Source: Lentisphaerae bacterium RIFOXYA12_64_32
GTDB taxonomy: Bacteria > Verrucomicrobiota > Lentisphaeria > Oligosphaerales > YB12-FULL-65-16
Length of the DNA stretch: 64,000 bases
Direction: 5' to 3'
Assembly (NCBI GenBank): GCA_001803235.1
Contig: MHBL01000458.1
Location: 23,972 to 87,971 of the forward strand
Shown: positions 7,118-17,045 of the stretch, piece by piece
Numbering within the stretch: position 1 is the first letter of the stretch
Layout of the letters: every line of letters starts with the position of its first letter
Translations under genes and position numbers: made by a program
Notes under the pieces: model-generated
The model's input: only the letters and a program-made list of their open reading frames with translations
Databases searched by the model: none
Told to the model about the DNA's origin: nothing

Positions 7118-10100
7118 ATGAGAAAATCCCTGGTCAGTGCGGTAGTTGCGGGGTTCGCATGCCTGGTGTCGGCGGCACTGTTCGCGGCCGACGACGGCTG
7201 CAAGATCAGCAAGCGCGCGGTGGACGGGGTGGCGGAGTTCACGCTCGAGAACGCGTTTGTCAGGTTGACGTTCGTGCCGTCGCGCGGCGGCGTGTGTACG
7301 AGCTTGTTCGACAAGGCGGCCGCGCTCGAGTGGACCACGCCCAAGGCGGGCGGCGGGCTGTTCGAAGACCACGTCTGGCAGGTGCCGTACTCGAAGAGCG
7401 ACTGGCTGAACTCGGCGTACGTGCCGACGGTGACGTCCGAGACCCCGGACAAGGTCGCGCTGGAACTGCGCGGGCAGGGCAAGACGGGCGACTACCAGTT
7501 CATGACGTTCCGCAAGACGGTCACTCTGACGCGCGACTCCGCGGCGGTCCGGATCCGCTACGCCTTCGAAGTCAGCAACGACGCGATGAGCGCCAAGACG
7601 GTCGGACTCTGGTTCCATGGCTCGATCGCGGTGCCGGGCAAGAAGGTCGACTACTTCTACCCGGTCGAATCCGGTCTGAAAAAGCTCGCGTACGACCCGG
7701 CCATGCCGCCGGACGAGTACTGGGAGTACAACCCGGCGCGCGGGTGGATGGCGGCGGTCACGCAGGGCGGGGCGGGGTTGGCGACGCGCATGGAGTACCG
7801 GCGCGTGATGTGCTTCTACCAGTGGTTCGGTGCGAACCTCGCCACGCTCGAGTGGATGTTCCGCAACGAGGAAATCAAGAACGCCGGAAGCCTCGATACG
7901 GACGTGGTGCTGTTGCCGTTCCAGGGGCTCGACGAGGTGGCGGGCGTCGGGGATGGCGGTGCGGCGGCGCTGGCCGTGCCCGCGACCGGCCAGGCTGGTG
8001 CGGCCGTCAAGCTCGAGGGCAAGATCGTGCTGGCGGCGCCCATGGCGAGCGGCAGGGCGACCTGGGCCTGGCGCAAACTCCCGGACCTGATCTGGAAGGA
8101 ATTCGGCGCGCAGGACGTGGCGGGCGCGCCGGGCAGGCCGGCGGTCGTGTCGGCGTCCTTCACGCCGGACGCGGACGGCCTGTACGTCATCCGCCTGCAG
8201 GTTTCGGACGGCAAGTCCGTGCTGGTCGAGGCGGAGAAGCCGTGCACGGTCGGCAAGTCAGACCAGACGTACACGCTCACCCCCGAGGCGGAGCGTATTG
8301 GCGACCCGACCGACCGGTTCGGCAAGCTCACCTACAAGAGCGAGGATGTGGAGGTGCCGTGGACCGACACGGTCGTCACGCCGCACGTGCCTTGGGCCAA
8401 GCCGTACGTCAAGGGCAAGCTCAAGGCGCTGATCCTGGTCCACAACGAGAACGCCCGCGAGGTCTCGGAACTGGCACAGCGCCTGGACCTGGACTTCGAC
8501 GCACCGCTGATCGACTTCGGCACGCCGGCCTACGTCGGCGACGCCTACGGTAAGATCACCCCGGACATACTCAACGACACGCTGAAGAAGTACCTGCAGA
8601 AGAGCGGCTACGCGGTGATTCTCATCAGCGGCCTGAACTGGAAGCCGCTGGACAAGGAACTGCCGGGCCTGCTCAAGGCGCAACTCGACAAGGGCGTCGG
8701 CTTGGTGTACGTCGCGCCGGGGAACTTCCCGGAGAACGACGTGTGGTCCAGCCTGCCGCTCGACCTGAAGGCCGTCGTGCGCCGTGGCAGCGATATGAAG
8801 TGGCGCGTCGAGAAGGACAACCCCATCACGCAGGGCGTGCCCATCAGTGCGCTCCCGCCGACCGGGCTGCAGGGCTTCCAACCCGCGGGCGGCGAGGTGT
8901 TCATGACGGCGGCCACCGCGGACGCGAAGACGACGGCGCCGCTCGGGTTCCTGCGCGAGGCGGTCGGGCAGCGTACGGTCGTCTTCAACTACCGTAGTTC
9001 GCGGTACCACGGGCACGGCGACTGCCTGACACCGTACATCCGTTCGCCGAAGGAGCGGTTCGCCTACTGGGAGTACGAGTTCTCCATGCTCATGAAGGCG
9101 ATGCTCTGGGCGGGGCATTACGAATCGGGCGTGGTCCTGGAGCAGAAGGTCGAGCCGGCGGCGCCGGTGTTCGGGCAGGGCACCGTGGCCGTGAGCGTGT
9201 CCGTCGCCGGTCCGGAAGCGGCCGGCCTGGGGGCGTCGACGCTGGAGTGCGTGCTGCGCGACGAGACCTGGCGCGACGTGAAACGCCAGGCGTTCGAACT
9301 CAGTCCGAAGGATGGCAAGGCGCAGGCGCAGTTCGTTGCGGATTCCGCACTGCCGATCGGGATCTACTTCGTGGACGCAATCCTGCGCTGTCAGGGCAAG
9401 TCAACGGCGTGGGGTAGCATTGTGTTCGAGGTGACAGGAGTTGCGAACATCGCAAGCTTCCGACTCCCGGACGAGGCCAAGTCCTACAAGACGGGCGACG
9501 AAGTCGTGGTCGATGCGGAGATCGCCAATGCCACCGAAGGCATGACCCTGGTTGCGACGCTGACCGACAGTCTGGACCGGGACCTGCTGGTGAAAGAGTT
9601 TCCCGTGCCGGCCGGCGCCAAGTCGCAGGTCAAGGTTACGCTGCCCATTGACCGGCCGCTGGCGACGGTGGCCTACATCCGCGCCGCGCTGAGAGACAAG
9701 GACCGGGTCATAGACCGGGCCGACGTCGACGTTGTGACGCTCCCGGATCACTACGTCTCCGGCGTCTGGGACGACTACGAGATCATTCCGTGGGGCGCGA
9801 TGGGTGGGTACGATCAGGGCTACCTGATCCCGACCAAGGCGCGGTTGGCGCGCCAGGCCGGCATCAGCGTGCTGTACGCGAACAGCAACTGGACGGGGGC
9901 GGACGACGTGCGCAACGAGCACGAATCGTCCCTGCGCGCCGGGTTCCGGCTCATGGAAGTTGGCATGTGGGGCGGTTACCCCGACGGTTACGAAGAGGAC
10001 CGCGCCAATTACCAGAAGACCGGCGACAAGAAGTACCTGGAGCGCAAACCGTCGCTGTCCGACACGGCGTACCTGACCGAGACCGTGGAGAAGGTGCGGA

Positions 10101-11998
10101 AGAAGGCCGCCATGTTCCAGCCGTTCTGCCCGCTCGCCTGGATGTGGGGCGACGAGCAGTCGGTGATCGGGCGGATTCCGGTGTTCGACTACGACTTCTC
10201 GCCGTTCGCGTTGCGCGAGTTCCGGCAGTGGCTGGCAGGCCAGTACGGCACGCTCGAGTCGCTGAATGTGGAGTGGGGCACGAGCTACCGCGCCTGGGAC
10301 GAGGTCGTGCCGTTGACGGCGACCGAAGCGAAGGAGCGCGGCAACTGCGCCTCATGGTCGGATCACCGTACGTTCATGGAAGAGTCATACGCCAACTTCT
10401 ACGCCACCCTGATCCGCACCGTGCGCGAGGTGTCGCCGAACTGCCTGACGGGCCTGTCCGGCACGCAGGCGCCGACTGCCTACAACGGCTGCGACTGGAG
10501 CCGGTTCATGCAGATCTTCACCTACATGCAGCCGTACTACTACCAGGGCCAGGAGAACATCATGCCGGCGTTCAACCCGAGCATGCCGAAGGCGAACTGG
10601 TCGACCGGTTACGGCGGCACGGACTCGAGCCAGGTCTCGACGTGGCACTGCTTCCTGAGCGGGAGCATGGGTACGAGCTACTTCGCATTGCGCTCATTCT
10701 TCAACCTGGACTTCACCTACACCAAGTCGGCCGCGGCCGCCTCGGCGGCGACCGAGCCGATGCGCAAGGGGCTCGGCAAGCTCTGGAGCGGTGTCGCGCC
10801 GGAGTTCGATCCCATCGCGATCCTGTACTCGCAGCGCTCGATCCAGGGCGCGTACCTGCTGAACCGCGAGTGGTGGCACTCGCATCAGGCGTGGTTCGAC
10901 GCGTTCCACGACCTCGGGTTCAGCCCGAAGTTCGTCTCATCCACGCAACTCGACAGCGGTGAAATCACGCCGGACCGGTACAAGGTCCTGGTCCTGCCCA
11001 TGATCTCCTCGGTGAGCACGACGCAGGCGATTCAGATTCGCGAGTTCGTCAAGGCGGGCGGCGTGGTGCTTGCGGACATTCACGGCGGCATTCTCGATGG
11101 GCATTGCCGGCTCGCGGAACCGGGGATGCTCGACTCGCTCTTCGGCATTCGTCACTCGGGGTTCAACCAGCCGGGCCCGTCCGGCGAGGTTCGGTTTGCG
11201 AAGAGCACGGACGGCGGGTTGGATCTGTTGTTGCTCTCCACGACCACGACGTTGCCGGAAGGGAATGTCCAGCTCGACGGCGGCCAGGCCCTGGGCGTGG
11301 TTGAGAACGTGCCGTTCGCGGTCATCAACCAACTCGGCGAGGGCAAGACCTGTTATTTGAATCTGGAGTTGTCGAAATACAGCGGACTTCGCAAGGAGCC
11401 GGGCGGCGACTTCTACCGTGGCATTGTGGCGCGGTTGGGCGGCTGGGCGCGGCTCAAGCGTCCGATCGATGTCGAGCCGGGCGACCTGCGGTTGCAGATC
11501 TACCGGCAGAAGGAGGCCGCGAACCTCTACGTCGGGTACGTGCGCCCGGCGGAAAAGAGCGCGGCGTGGACGCTCAGCCTTGGACGCAAGGCGCACGTCT
11601 ACGACACACTCGCCGGCAAGTACCTCGGCGAAGTGGAGAGCGTCAAGTCCGAGCCGGCCAACCGTATCGCCGACCTGTTCGCGTTGCTGCCGTACGCCGT
11701 GACCGGCGTGCAAGTCACGCCGTCGATCGCCGCCGTGAAGCCCGGCGCGCGCGTGACCGTGGCGCTGGCGGTACAGGCGGGGCAGGGGACGCCGAGCCGG
11801 CACGCGGTGCGGGCGTCGGTCGTGCGCCCGGACGGCACGGAGTCGGACTGCTACACCTGCAACGTCGCCTTGCCCGGCGGCAAGGGCTCGTTTGATATCC
11901 CGTTCGCACTTAACGACCTCGAAGGCACGTGGACCATCAACGTCCGCGACGCGGCGACCGGTGTCACCGGGAAGGCTACGGTTGCGCTGAGGCGGTAG
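7118..11998 (+). CDS. very large secreted glycoside-hydrolase-like protein (central GH42-type beta-galactosidase-like barrel plus trimerisation-like domain)
   Basis: This lies in the 7031..11998 ORF. ATG 7118 is preceded by AAGGAGAG and gives the signal peptide MRKSLVSAVVAGFACLVSAALFAADD. The central region (WMWGDEQSV..., FRQWLAGQYGTLESLNVEWGTSY, YKVLVLPMISSVSTTQAIQIREFVKAGGVVLAD) resembles the GH42 catalytic and trimerisation domains. The N-terminal ~800 aa and the C-terminus are unassigned. Confidence 0.75.
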   Translation: MRKSLVSAVVAGFACLVSAALFAADDGCKISKRAVDGVAEFTLENAFVRLTFVPSRGGVCTSLFDKAAALEWTTPKAGGGLFEDHVWQVPYSKSDWLNSAYVPTVTSETPDKVALELRGQGKTGDYQFMTFRKTVTLTRDSAAVRIRYAFEVSNDAMSAKTVGLWFHGSIAVPGKKVDYFYPVESGLKKLAYDPAMPPDEYWEYNPARGWMAAVTQGGAGLATRMEYRRVMCFYQWFGANLATLEWMFRNEEIKNAGSLDTDVVLLPFQGLDEVAGVGDGGAAALAVPATGQAGAAVKLEGKIVLAAPMASGRATWAWRKLPDLIWKEFGAQDVAGAPGRPAVVSASFTPDADGLYVIRLQVSDGKSVLVEAEKPCTVGKSDQTYTLTPEAERIGDPTDRFGKLTYKSEDVEVPWTDTVVTPHVPWAKPYVKGKLKALILVHNENAREVSELAQRLDLDFDAPLIDFGTPAYVGDAYGKITPDILNDTLKKYLQKSGYAVILISGLNWKPLDKELPGLLKAQLDKGVGLVYVAPGNFPENDVWSSLPLDLKAVVRRGSDMKWRVEKDNPITQGVPISALPPTGLQGFQPAGGEVFMTAATADAKTTAPLGFLREAVGQRTVVFNYRSSRYHGHGDCLTPYIRSPKERFAYWEYEFSMLMKAMLWAGHYESGVVLEQKVEPAAPVFGQGTVAVSVSVAGPEAAGLGASTLECVLRDETWRDVKRQAFELSPKDGKAQAQFVADSALPIGIYFVDAILRCQGKSTAWGSIVFEVTGVANIASFRLPDEAKSYKTGDEVVVDAEIANATEGMTLVATLTDSLDRDLLVKEFPVPAGAKSQVKVTLPIDRPLATVAYIRAALRDKDRVIDRADVDVVTLPDHYVSGVWDDYEIIPWGAMGGYDQGYLIPTKARLARQAGISVLYANSNWTGADDVRNEHESSLRAGFRLMEVGMWGGYPDGYEEDRANYQKTGDKKYLERKPSLSDTAYLTETVEKVRKKAAMFQPFCPLAWMWGDEQSVIGRIPVFDYDFSPFALREFRQWLAGQYGTLESLNVEWGTSYRAWDEVVPLTATEAKERGNCASWSDHRTFMEESYANFYATLIRTVREVSPNCLTGLSGTQAPTAYNGCDWSRFMQIFTYMQPYYYQGQENIMPAFNPSMPKANWSTGYGGTDSSQVSTWHCFLSGSMGTSYFALRSFFNLDFTYTKSAAAASAATEPMRKGLGKLWSGVAPEFDPIAILYSQRSIQGAYLLNREWWHSHQAWFDAFHDLGFSPKFVSSTQLDSGEITPDRYKVLVLPMISSVSTTQAIQIREFVKAGGVVLADIHGGILDGHCRLAEPGMLDSLFGIRHSGFNQPGPSGEVRFAKSTDGGLDLLLLSTTTTLPEGNVQLDGGQALGVVENVPFAVINQLGEGKTCYLNLELSKYSGLRKEPGGDFYRGIVARLGGWARLKRPIDVEPGDLRLQIYRQKEAANLYVGYVRPAEKSAAWTLSLGRKAHVYDTLAGKYLGEVESVKSEPANRIADLFALLPYAVTGVQVTPSIAAVKPGARVTVALAVQAGQGTPSRHAVRASVVRPDGTESDCYTCNVALPGGKGSFDIPFALNDLEGTWTINVRDAATGVTGKATVALRR

Positions 11999-12097
11999 AG
12001 AGCGAGAGGGAGCGGGAACGGACGGAACGGACGTAATCACTGGCGGCGAGGGCCCCGTCGGACGGGAAAACCCTCGAAACTGGAGAGGCGTAGGTTT

Positions 12098-12122
12098 GTA
12101 GTTCCGCGTTCACGCGGTCTGG
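12098..12122. repeat. repeat family B, partial copy (left-end hairpin only)
   Basis: GTAGTTCCGCGTTCACGCGGTCTGG matches GTAGTCCCGCGT(G/T)(C/T)ACGCGGTCCGG at 6783 and 41302. No right end is recognisable. Confidence 0.55.
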
Positions 12123-12224
12123 ATTCTGAGGCGCGGCGCGGGGCATGTTCATCTATGGCATGTCCATTTGTTCGCGGGGTTTGTGCCGTTTCCGATCAGC
12201 AACGGTCGATGAAAGGTCCATTTC

Positions 12225-14678
12225 ATGAGAATGCGGCTAACGGGTCTTGTGTCTGCGATGGCGGTGCTGGGTGCGGTGTGGGCGGGGGCGGCTGATGTCT
12301 GCGTCCGGGCGAATGCGGCGGACGGCGGGACCGGGGCGCTGGAGCAGCCGTTCCGGACGCTGAGTCAGGCGGCGGCGGTCTTGAAGCCGGGCGACACGTG
12401 TGTCATTGGCGGCGGCGCGTACCGCGAGACCGTGCGGCCGGTCGTATCCGGCGAACCGGACCGGCCCATTCGGTTTGCGGCCGTGCCCGGAGAGCGCGTC
12501 GTGGTCTCCGGCGCTGACGTACTGACCGGCGCGTGGTCGGTGCATCAGGGCAACATCCACAAGGCTGCGGTCGAGTTGCCGGTGGAGCAGTTGTTCATCG
12601 ACGGGCGGATGATGATGGAGGCGCGCTGGCCCAACACGCCGCTGGACGACATCATGGTCATGCAGCGCGCCGCCGCCGGCACGGGGACGGGGTATGAACA
12701 GCTCGCGGACCCGAACCTGCCGCCGGGCGACTGGAACGGCGGCTTTGTCCTGCTCTGGCCTGGGTCGCAGTGGACCAATGCGACGCGCCGCATCGTGGAG
12801 TACTGCCCGGGGCAGGGCTTTCGTTTCGACCGGACGATGGAGATGGAAAAGAAGGACGCATTCCACTCTGAAGACCCGTTCAAACCGCGGGCGGGCAACC
12901 CCTACATCCTGTTCGGGAGTCTGGCGGGGCTGGACGCGCCCGGGGAGTGGTTCTATGACACGGCGGCACGTGTCCTGTACCTCTGGGTGCCGGACGGGGC
13001 CTCGCCCGCGACGCACACGGTGGAAGTCAAGCAGCGGCCGCTTGCGTTTGATCTCAGCAAGCTCTCCTACATTGAGTTGTGCGGGCTGAACATCGAGGCG
13101 GCCACGGTGGACATGACGGAGGCACGGAACTGCCTCCTCGACGACTGTCGGCTCACGTACACCGAGCATTTCCGCGAGACGGACATGTACAAGGTCCCGG
13201 CGCCCCGGACCGTGGTCACCGGCGAGAACAATACGTGGCGGCATTGCCTGGTGGCGTACTCCGCGGGTACGGCGTTGCGCATCGGCGGCAAGGGCAACCG
13301 TTTCGAAAACTGCATCATCCGTGACGCCGACTACAGCGGCAGCGTGGCGGCGACGCTCGACATGAAGCGTTCCGAGGACGCAGTCGTTACGCACTGCTCC
13401 ATCTTCCGCGGCGGCCGCGACATTGTGGGGCTGGGCGGTTCGAAGCGGGTCCGGATCGAGTTCAACGACATTCACCACGCGAACATGCTGAACAGCGACT
13501 CCGGCGCGACCTACTGCTTTGACACGGACGGCGCAGGCAGTGTGATTGCCTGGAACTGGGTCCACGACAACCTGAGCGAGCACACCAGCGGCATCTACCT
13601 GGATAACTTCTCGCGCAACTTCACGGTGCACCACAACGTGGTGTGGAACTGCTCCGCGACCGGCATCCGCACGAACAGCGACGCCATGAACCACCTGCTG
13701 TGCAACAACACGATCATTGGCTGCACGCAACCGTTCGGCATTTTCACGTTCGAGAAGCATGTGCCGACGCAGAAGGGCACGCGCATTCTCAATAATCTCG
13801 TTCTGGTGAGCCACAAGCCGACGGACCCGACGGTGTTCGTGCAGGGCGAACTTGGTCCGGAGGTGCACCACAACGGGTTCGGCGCCATTGACGCCAGCGC
13901 CGTGCCTACAGCCGGCTCGATGGCGATCGACGCGGGCGTGCCGGTGAACGGGATCACTGACGGATTCGTGGGTGCCGCTCCCGACCTGGGGGCGTACGAG
14001 TACGGTGGCACGGCGTGGCGGCCGGGTGCGGACTGGTGCGAACCCCGCACGGAACTTGACCTTGCGTTTTCACCCCAGCCGCCGGTGACTGAAACGACCA
14101 TGGTCCGCGATGGGTTGCTGCTCTGGCTCGATGCCGCGGCCCCGAGCGGGGTGGAGAGCGATGCTGCCGGACAGCTGACGCGCTGGTTGGACCAGTCAGG
14201 GCAGAACCACCATGCAACAGCCGAGGACGGGCTGATCCTCGTGCCTGCTGCCATGAACGGCCGGCCGGTGGTGCGCTCGAGTGGCAAGGGGCGCGCCGTG
14301 GTTGGGACATTGCGTGCACAGGCTGGTCCCCTGACGGCGTTCGTGGTCGCGCAGGCACAGGCGCAGGAGACGGGCGCGAGTCAGTGGCAGCGTATTCTGG
14401 GCGCCTGGAGCGGTCAAGGCAAGGAGTGGACGCCGCCCAACTGGATCATCCTGCGGCCGCGTGCGCCGGTGGTGTCGCCCTTTCCGGCGCAGATCTTCAT
14501 GACCCAGAGCACGACCGGTCTGACGTTGGAGCATGTGACCGTGTTCGGCGAAACGTCGGCACCGGGGCATTTCCTGGTGGGTGACATCGCCGAGGTGCTG
14601 GTCTACGACCGCGCTCTGCGCTTTGACGAGGCCCTGGCCATAGAGGATTATCTCAACGCCAAATGGGGGCTGAAGTAG
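12225..14678 (+). CDS. secreted right-handed parallel beta-helix protein with a C-terminal LamG-like domain
   Basis: The protein has a signal peptide MRMRLTGLVSAMAVLGAVWAGAA. It carries repeated PbH1-like turns (NCIIRDADYSG, THCSIFRGGRD, FNDIHHANMLNSDSG, WNWVHDN, VHHNVVWNCSATG, LCNNTIIGC). The C-terminus LTRWLDQSGQNHHA...GDIAEVLVYDRALRFDEALAIEDYLNAKWGL is typical of LamG tails. Confidence 0.8.
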   Translation: MRMRLTGLVSAMAVLGAVWAGAADVCVRANAADGGTGALEQPFRTLSQAAAVLKPGDTCVIGGGAYRETVRPVVSGEPDRPIRFAAVPGERVVVSGADVLTGAWSVHQGNIHKAAVELPVEQLFIDGRMMMEARWPNTPLDDIMVMQRAAAGTGTGYEQLADPNLPPGDWNGGFVLLWPGSQWTNATRRIVEYCPGQGFRFDRTMEMEKKDAFHSEDPFKPRAGNPYILFGSLAGLDAPGEWFYDTAARVLYLWVPDGASPATHTVEVKQRPLAFDLSKLSYIELCGLNIEAATVDMTEARNCLLDDCRLTYTEHFRETDMYKVPAPRTVVTGENNTWRHCLVAYSAGTALRIGGKGNRFENCIIRDADYSGSVAATLDMKRSEDAVVTHCSIFRGGRDIVGLGGSKRVRIEFNDIHHANMLNSDSGATYCFDTDGAGSVIAWNWVHDNLSEHTSGIYLDNFSRNFTVHHNVVWNCSATGIRTNSDAMNHLLCNNTIIGCTQPFGIFTFEKHVPTQKGTRILNNLVLVSHKPTDPTVFVQGELGPEVHHNGFGAIDASAVPTAGSMAIDAGVPVNGITDGFVGAAPDLGAYEYGGTAWRPGADWCEPRTELDLAFSPQPPVTETTMVRDGLLLWLDAAAPSGVESDAAGQLTRWLDQSGQNHHATAEDGLILVPAAMNGRPVVRSSGKGRAVVGTLRAQAGPLTAFVVAQAQAQETGASQWQRILGAWSGQGKEWTPPNWIILRPRAPVVSPFPAQIFMTQSTTGLTLEHVTVFGETSAPGHFLVGDIAEVLVYDRALRFDEALAIEDYLNAKWGLK

Positions 14679-14724
14679 GGCCCGCGTCGAGCCGGTCGCC
14701 ACACCTCGAACCCGGACCAGCCGG

Positions 14725-14769
14725 CGATTGGAAGAAAAGGGCGGGGCGTCCGCCCTCCTTCCCCCAATC
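14725..14769 (+). terminator. interrupted GC hairpin after the beta-helix gene
   Basis: GATTGG...GGGCGG (14738-14743), loop GGCGT, then CCGCCC (14749-14754)...CCAATC (14764-14769). It lies about 50 nt after the stop codon and has no U-tract. Confidence 0.3.
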
Positions 14770-14993
14770 GGCGCCCGCGGGCGCAAGACCCGCGGCGGCG
14801 CGAGCCGGCGCGAGTAGCACCAACCTATGATCGGCCGGTCCGCCGGTCGGGAAGCGCTGACGCGGTACCATGAGTTATCCCTTGGGAATGAAAGATTGCC
14901 GTCGGTCGGGTAAAGTACGTCCGCAGTGCCGGTCGTGCTCGGGCAGAGCGATGCGGCGAAAGACCTGATGGGCACACGAACGGGAGCACTCCG

Positions 14994-16274
14994 TTGCTGA
15001 ACCTCGTCGCTCTTTTGGGAATCGTACTGATTCTGGCTGTCGCCGCACTGCTGTCCTCCGACCGCCGCAAGATCCAGTGGCGCACGCCGCTCGCGGCCTT
15101 GGCACTCACGCTTGCGATCGCCGCCGTGTTCTTCCTCGCCCCGGCCAAGTGCGCGGTTCTGGACCTTTGCAACCGCGCCGTGCTGCGGGTCCTGGACTGC
15201 GCCGATGACGGCATCGCGTTCCTGTTCGGGCACCTGGCCGACCCGTCAGGCGGCAAATTCGTGCTTGCCATCCAGGCCCTGCCACTGATCATCTTCTTCG
15301 CGGCGCTCGTGTCGCTCCTTTATCACCTTGGGGTCATGCAGAAAATCATCCTGCTGTTCGCCCGGACGTTCTGCCGCCTGTTCGGCATCAGCGGCGCCGA
15401 GGCGTTGGTCGCCGCGAGTAACATTTTCGTCGGTGTCGAGTCAGCCCTCACGGTTCGACCGTACCTGGAGAAGATGACGAAGTCCGAACTCTTTCTCCTG
15501 CTCACGGTCGGCATGTGTACCATTGCCTCGTCCGTGCTCGCCCTTTACGTCATGGCGCTGAAGGACGTGTTCCCTCAGATCGCTGTGCACCTGATCTCGG
15601 CGTCACTCATCAGTGCTCCTGCCGCCGTCTGCATCGCCAAGCTCATGTGCCCGGAAACGGAGGAACCGCTGACGCTCGGCCGGGTCGTGGCCCCCGAATA
15701 CACGCCCGCGACCAACGTCGTCGAGAGCATCCTCAACGGTGCCAACGAAGGCCTGAAAATGCTCCTGGGCATTTGCGCCGCCCTGATCGCGTTCATCGGG
15801 CTCGTCTCGCTGCTGAACCTCATCCTGACGACCGTTGGCGCGCTGCCCAACCGTGTCCTGCCGGTCCCGCTCGACTGGACTGTACAGGGCCTGCTCGGGT
15901 ATGTGTTCTACCCGTTCACCCTGGCCCTGGGCGTCCCCGCCGGCGAAGCCATGCCGCTGGCGAAACTGTTCGGCGAACGGCTGGTCCTGACCGAAGTCTC
16001 GGCCTATTTCTCGCTCCAGCACCTGATCCAGCAGGGCGCCCTGAGCCCACGGTCCGTGCTAGTCGCAACGTATGTGCTCTGCGGGTTCGCGCATGTTGCG
16101 TCCATGGCCATCTTTGTGGGCGGCGCCGCGGCCCTGGCGCCGTCGCGCCTGCCGTTGCTGAGCCGACTCGGGCTGCGCGCGTTGGTGGCCGCCAACCTGG
16201 CGTGCCTGCTGACCGGCGCCACTGCCAGCCTGTTTTACCGGGAGTCGCTGCAGGTGCTGATCCGACCGGGGTAA
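14994..16274 (+). CDS. nupC: NupC/CNT family concentrative nucleoside transporter
   Basis: The N-terminus LNLVALLGIVLILAVAALLSSDRRKIQW aligns with the E. coli NupC N-terminus (...ILALLVSSDRKKIRIR). Family blocks GISGAEALVAASNIFVG and FAHVASMAIFVGG are present. The start is the TTG given by the ORF track. Confidence 0.85.
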   Translation: MLNLVALLGIVLILAVAALLSSDRRKIQWRTPLAALALTLAIAAVFFLAPAKCAVLDLCNRAVLRVLDCADDGIAFLFGHLADPSGGKFVLAIQALPLIIFFAALVSLLYHLGVMQKIILLFARTFCRLFGISGAEALVAASNIFVGVESALTVRPYLEKMTKSELFLLLTVGMCTIASSVLALYVMALKDVFPQIAVHLISASLISAPAAVCIAKLMCPETEEPLTLGRVVAPEYTPATNVVESILNGANEGLKMLLGICAALIAFIGLVSLLNLILTTVGALPNRVLPVPLDWTVQGLLGYVFYPFTLALGVPAGEAMPLAKLFGERLVLTEVSAYFSLQHLIQQGALSPRSVLVATYVLCGFAHVASMAIFVGGAAALAPSRLPLLSRLGLRALVAANLACLLTGATASLFYRESLQVLIRPG

Positions 16275-16355
16275 TCGCCGGAAAGGCGACGCCGCACCGG
16301 GAGCCGGTCGTTCACTGGCACCACAGGCAACTGGGCGGCTTCAGGGCCGCCGGTG

Positions 16356-16679
16356 TCAGCGCAGGAGTCGTTGACGTAGCAGTACTTGGAGATCCCGCCG
16401 CCCGTCCAGGACGCAGTAGACGTACACGGCCCTGTCACGGATCTGGTAGACCACACGGTACGGTTTGAAGTGAATCTGCAGGTAGTCGTGCACGGCGATT
16501 CGATCCAGTTCGGGGGGAACATGCCCGCGTGCCGGACTCCGGCCGAGCGACTCGATAGCGGCCTTGATCTTCCCAAGGACGTAGTCGGCGTCGGAGAGCG
16601 ACTTGTCGGCGGCAAGATGGGACCACAGTGCGACGAGGTCGTCCTCGGCCCCCTGTGTCATCAGCACCCTGTATTGCAT
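16356..16679 (-). CDS. parE: ParE/RelE superfamily type II toxin
   Basis: This is a 107-aa protein. MQYRVLMTQGAEDDLVALWSHL... and ...YRVVYQIRDRAVYVYCVLDGRRD have a typical ParE shape. It lies immediately downstream of, and overlaps, an antitoxin-like gene. Confidence 0.8.
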   Translation of the reverse strand: MQYRVLMTQGAEDDLVALWSHLAADKSLSDADYVLGKIKAAIESLGRSPARGHVPPELDRIAVHDYLQIHFKPYRVVYQIRDRAVYVYCVLDGRRDLQVLLRQRLLR

Positions 16680-16969
16680 CGATCCTGTTCCCGGCGATCC
16701 AGGGCGATCCGTTCATCGACAGCCACGAACGCTGCGCGCATCGGTTTGACTCTTCCCATTCGGATGTCTTTCTTCCCGAGTGCGATGAGCTTCAAGAGGG
16801 CCAATGTCTCCTGCTGCCGCTCATACTCACGAACATCCTCGATGACGACTTTCGCCTCACCGTTCAGCGTCACCACGACAGGCTGGCCATTCTCCACCAC
16901 ACCGCGAATGACCTCGGAGGCATGAGCCTTGACAAAGCTGATGGGTTTCACGGAATCAGACAGCAACAT
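16661..16969 (-). CDS. Phd/YefM family type II antitoxin
   Basis: This is a 102-aa protein. ISFVKAHASEVIRGVVENGQPVVVTLNGEAKVVIEDVREYERQQETLALLK is a typical Phd/YefM N-terminal domain. It overlaps the toxin start by 19 nt. Confidence 0.8.
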   Translation of the reverse strand: MLLSDSVKPISFVKAHASEVIRGVVENGQPVVVTLNGEAKVVIEDVREYERQQETLALLKLIALGKKDIRMGRVKPMRAAFVAVDERIALDRREQDRCNTGC

Positions 16970-17045
16970 GACATAGTCCTCCGGCGACCACAGACCACAA
17001 TAAAGACCGAATTCAGCTTCTTGTCAAGCCGCACCCAGAGACCAT

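Noticed and set aside
7108-14358. Alternative-frame and antisense ORFs over the two large secreted-protein genes (for example 7108..8553, 8258..9118, 9790..10962, 10937..12040, 12237..13871, 13595..14287)
   Set aside because: All lie wholly inside longer ORFs with signal peptides and domain-like sequence. Their composition (R, G, P, A, H runs) indicates GC-driven spurious openness.
14679-14993. Riboswitch (purine / 2'-dG type) in the 315-nt leader of the nucleoside transporter gene
   Set aside because: There is no three-way-junction signature (UAU...GAUAUGG...CUACC) or other motif I recognise. Only a terminator-like hairpin belonging to the upstream gene is present.
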